Made by a program: the position numbers and the translations under genes. Positions 61,261 through 64,000 of a stretch of 64,000 bases of DNA are shown piece by piece. This DNA is from Opitutales bacterium (lineage in GTDB: Bacteria; Verrucomicrobiota; Verrucomicrobiia; Opitutales; JABSRG01). The DNA lies in contig JBMYOQ010000004.1 of NCBI GenBank assembly GCA_049599475.1, positions 79,611 through 143,610 of the forward strand, in the 5' to 3' direction. The notes beneath the pieces were generated by a model. The model did no database searches. It saw nothing but the letters and a program-made list of their open reading frames with translations, and was not told the DNA's origin. The number at the start of each line of letters is the position of its first letter. The first letter of the stretch is position 1.

Positions 61261-62071
61261 GCACGACAATTAGGACGAAGCTCAACTGCATCAGAAGAAA
61301 CCACGCGGTCCACTTCTCTGGGCCGATCAACTGCCATCCTTGTTCTTGGTTTGGGTATACCCAGGCGCGTGCGAAAGTAGATATGTTTTCCGCCACCCAG
61401 ATAAAGAAGGAGACTAGGGTGAAGCCGATGAGAAGGGGCATTTTTCGGTGGCTTTTGTCGGCGCGGAAACATACCCAGGTTTTACGATAGGCAATCAGGA
61501 TACCGAGAATTAGCAGCCATCTAATATCGAAGATGAAATGGTGGCTGAAGAAATTCAGGTAGGATAGGGTCGCCAGGGTAACTGCGAGTTTGATTGGCGG
61601 GAAATTTTCAAACTGAAATTCAAAACCACGCCACACGCGAGCCATGTAACTGCCTACGGCTGAATACATAAATCCTGCGAAGAGGGGCACATTTCCCAAC
61701 CGAATCACGGTGTCTCCTTCGTATGTCCAGCTCCCGATAGAATCATGGGTCTTGAACAGCTCCATCAGAGTGGCAAGGACATGGAATATCATGATGACGC
61801 CTAGTTCTCTCCAGCTCTCCAGGCGAAATGCTATCAGGGCAATCTGTATCGAAACGGCATAGATAAACAGAAAATCGAACCGATGAAGCGCGATGTCTGG
61901 ATACCAATAATGAGTCACGAGGATTCCTGCGAGAAGGAGGGCTCCAAAGAGGCAGGCCCAGGCTTGTTTGATTCCAAAAAGCAAGAATTCCTCGAGCCAT
62001 GCTTGGTTCAATTTGCTGATCGCCTGCCTAGATTTGTGCCTCAGATGATCAATTCTGGAGTCAGACATCAT
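61205..62071 (-). CDS. DUF817-family membrane protein
   Basis: FG.KQAWACLF, MELFKT…GSW.Y, VPLF.GFMYSAVGSY, FIW.AENI.T…W.YP.Q; start uncertain. Confidence 0.85.
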   Translation of the reverse strand: MMSDSRIDHLRHKSRQAISKLNQAWLEEFLLFGIKQAWACLFGALLLAGILVTHYWYPDIALHRFDFLFIYAVSIQIALIAFRLESWRELGVIMIFHVLATLMELFKTHDSIGSWTYEGDTVIRLGNVPLFAGFMYSAVGSYMARVWRGFEFQFENFPPIKLAVTLATLSYLNFFSHHFIFDIRWLLILGILIAYRKTWVCFRADKSHRKMPLLIGFTLVSFFIWVAENISTFARAWVYPNQEQGWQLIGPEKWTAWFLLMQLSFVLIVVLRQLETRIPPSPSQRDTR

Positions 62072-62215
62072 CTTAAGGCGTCGCATCGACTCGGATTTGT
62101 GCAATTTAGGTGGGGCATTCGCTAATAGCTGAACGACTGGCATTGACGTATTTCCATTGCCCGCTTTGCTGTCACGGGTGGATTTGTGAATCCTCACTCA
62201 ATTTTTAAATTTCCT

Positions 62216-63613
62216 ATGGCAGATATCACTCACTACGAACTCATTGTAATTGGCGGCGGCCCTGCAGGTTATGCAGCGGCAATTCGTGCGGGTCAGCTGG
62301 GCCGGAAGGTGGCCTGTGTTGAAATGGAGCGTGCGGGTGGTACCTGTCTGAATTGGGGGTGTATCCCATCAAAGGCTCTCTTAAAGAGTGCGGAGCTCTA
62401 CAAAAGCATGGAGCACGCGGCAGATCTCGGTCTGGGCGCGAAGGAGATTTTCTACGACTTCGAAAAGATCATCCAGCGTTCGCGTGGCGTCGCGGACACC
62501 ATGGCTAAGGGGATCGAGTTTCTTTTCCGCAAGAACAAGGTCGATTACATCACGGGCTTGGGCACGATCGAGGTGCCTGGCATGGTCAAGGTGAAGGACG
62601 CCGACGGCAAAGACACTTTTTACAAGGCCGACAAGATTTTGATCTGCACCGGCGCAAAGGCGCGCAAGCTTCCTGGGCTAGAGCCTGATGGCGAAAAGAT
62701 CATGACTTCGCGTGAGGCGCTTGTCATGAAATCGCAGCCCAAGAGCATCGTGATCATGGGAGCAGGGGCAATCGGATGTGAGTTTGCCTACTTCTTGAAC
62801 AGCTTTGGCACGAAGGTGACCTTGGTTGAGATGATGGATCAGATCCTTCCAGTTGAGGATCATGAGACTGCAGATGTCGTCGCCCGCAGCTTCAAGAAAA
62901 CAGGGATCGATATCCGCACAGGCACGAAGGCCGAAGGCATCGAAACGACCGACTCTGGCGTGAAGCTCGACCTTGTGAAGGGCGAAAAGTCAGAGACCAT
63001 CGAAGCCGATGCACTTCTGGTGTCCATCGGGGTTGTAGCAAATACAGAAGGGCTCCTCTCCAATAAGGTGAAACTGAAGGACACGCGCGGATATCTCGAT
63101 GTCGACGCGAACTACCAGACAAGCACTCCGGGCATCTACGCAGCTGGCGATATCATTGGGCCACCATGGCTCGCGCACATCGCGACATTTGAAGCGATCC
63201 AAGCTGTAAATGGTATGTTCGGCGCGGGCAAACCGCATCGCTACAATGCGTTTCCAGGATGCACTTACTGCCAGCCTCAAGTCGCCTCAATCGGTGCTAC
63301 TGAGAAGAAGCTCAAAGAAGAGGGTGTCGCCTACAAGGTGGGCAAATTCCCATTCCAAGCTTCGGGTAAGGCAGTGGCTGCCAACCACCCAGAAGGTTTT
63401 GTAAAGGTCATCACAGATGCGAAGCATGGTGAAATTTTAGGGGCTCACATTGTCGGGTCCGATGCGACAGAGCTGCTTGCAGAATATGCACTCGCGATGA
63501 ACGCAGAGCTCACCAGCGACGAAATCCACCACACCATTCACGCTCACCCAACGATGAGCGAGGCTCTGATGGAGGCCGCTTCCGCAGTAAAGGGCGAAGC
63601 AATCCACATCTAA
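62216..63613 (+). CDS. lpdA: Dihydrolipoamide dehydrogenase
   Basis: GGGPAGY, GGTCLNWGCIPSK, GAGAIG.E, HAHPT.SE. Confidence 0.96.
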   Translation: MADITHYELIVIGGGPAGYAAAIRAGQLGRKVACVEMERAGGTCLNWGCIPSKALLKSAELYKSMEHAADLGLGAKEIFYDFEKIIQRSRGVADTMAKGIEFLFRKNKVDYITGLGTIEVPGMVKVKDADGKDTFYKADKILICTGAKARKLPGLEPDGEKIMTSREALVMKSQPKSIVIMGAGAIGCEFAYFLNSFGTKVTLVEMMDQILPVEDHETADVVARSFKKTGIDIRTGTKAEGIETTDSGVKLDLVKGEKSETIEADALLVSIGVVANTEGLLSNKVKLKDTRGYLDVDANYQTSTPGIYAAGDIIGPPWLAHIATFEAIQAVNGMFGAGKPHRYNAFPGCTYCQPQVASIGATEKKLKEEGVAYKVGKFPFQASGKAVAANHPEGFVKVITDAKHGEILGAHIVGSDATELLAEYALAMNAELTSDEIHHTIHAHPTMSEALMEAASAVKGEAIHI

Positions 63614-63641
63614 GAGTTTATTTCGAGCTCAATAAGATTTC

Positions 63642-63674
63642 CAAAACCCGCAGCATCCTACGTTGCGGGTTTTG
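63642..63674 (+). terminator. Intrinsic terminator after lpdA
   Basis: CAAAACCCGCAGC…GTTGCGGGTTTTG hairpin ending in a T-rich tract. Confidence 0.85.
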
Positions 63675-64000
63675 TTGTTCTTTAGGGGGACTGATCGACC
63701 TTAATGCCTGCTTCTCGCGACAGTCTTTTCGTCGAAGGCAGATGATGGAAGGTCTATACTAATCCTCAAAAGTGCTTTCGTTTATTCATTACGAATACCC
63801 GCTGTTGAAGTGTAGGAGTGGTAGGGCGAAAATTATTCTGAGAAACTTGGGAGGGACATTGTCCTCAATATCCTCTGCGATCGAATCTGCGGACGCTGAG
63901 GACAGCGGACGTAGGCTTACCGGAGATGGCGAAGCAATGGCGCTGCCTTTATAGAAGAAATGGGGTAGCAACCGATCTCCGAGCGGTTGAAGACAGCAAT

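Noticed and set aside
63772..64000. Short ORFs at the window end
   Set aside because: No recognisable motifs; one minus-strand frame is open to the edge but cannot be assessed.

Overview
Bacterial chromosome segment; gene content and style suggest Verrucomicrobiota (Opitutia-like), which is an inference. Most of it is housekeeping: glnD, alaS, gcvT, xth, yggS, lpxI, leuS, tig-clpP-clpX, cysS, dapL, purF, sucCD, lpdA and a tRNA(CAT). The main accessory block (~14.6-28.3 kb) is a tightly packed five-gene operon. It encodes a tiny signal-peptide + PEP-CTERM-like peptide, a 1552-aa Ca-repeat/lectin-like/PA14 protein, a HEAT-like protein, a 2056-aa RHS/YD-Hint-Tox-GHH nuclease toxin and a SUKH-like immunity protein. 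The first four products have Sec-type signal peptides, and no T6SS, CDI or Tc partner genes are in the window. This is the best candidate for an undescribed toxin-delivery system. An IS66 remnant and a carbohydrate-enzyme pair follow it. A second unusual region (58.38-58.93 kb) has a duplicated tRNA 5' end broken at the D-loop, flanking GGATGAR heptamer arrays and a strand-specific cluster of C-GNA-G mini-hairpins. All assignments come from reading motifs by eye; no searches were run.
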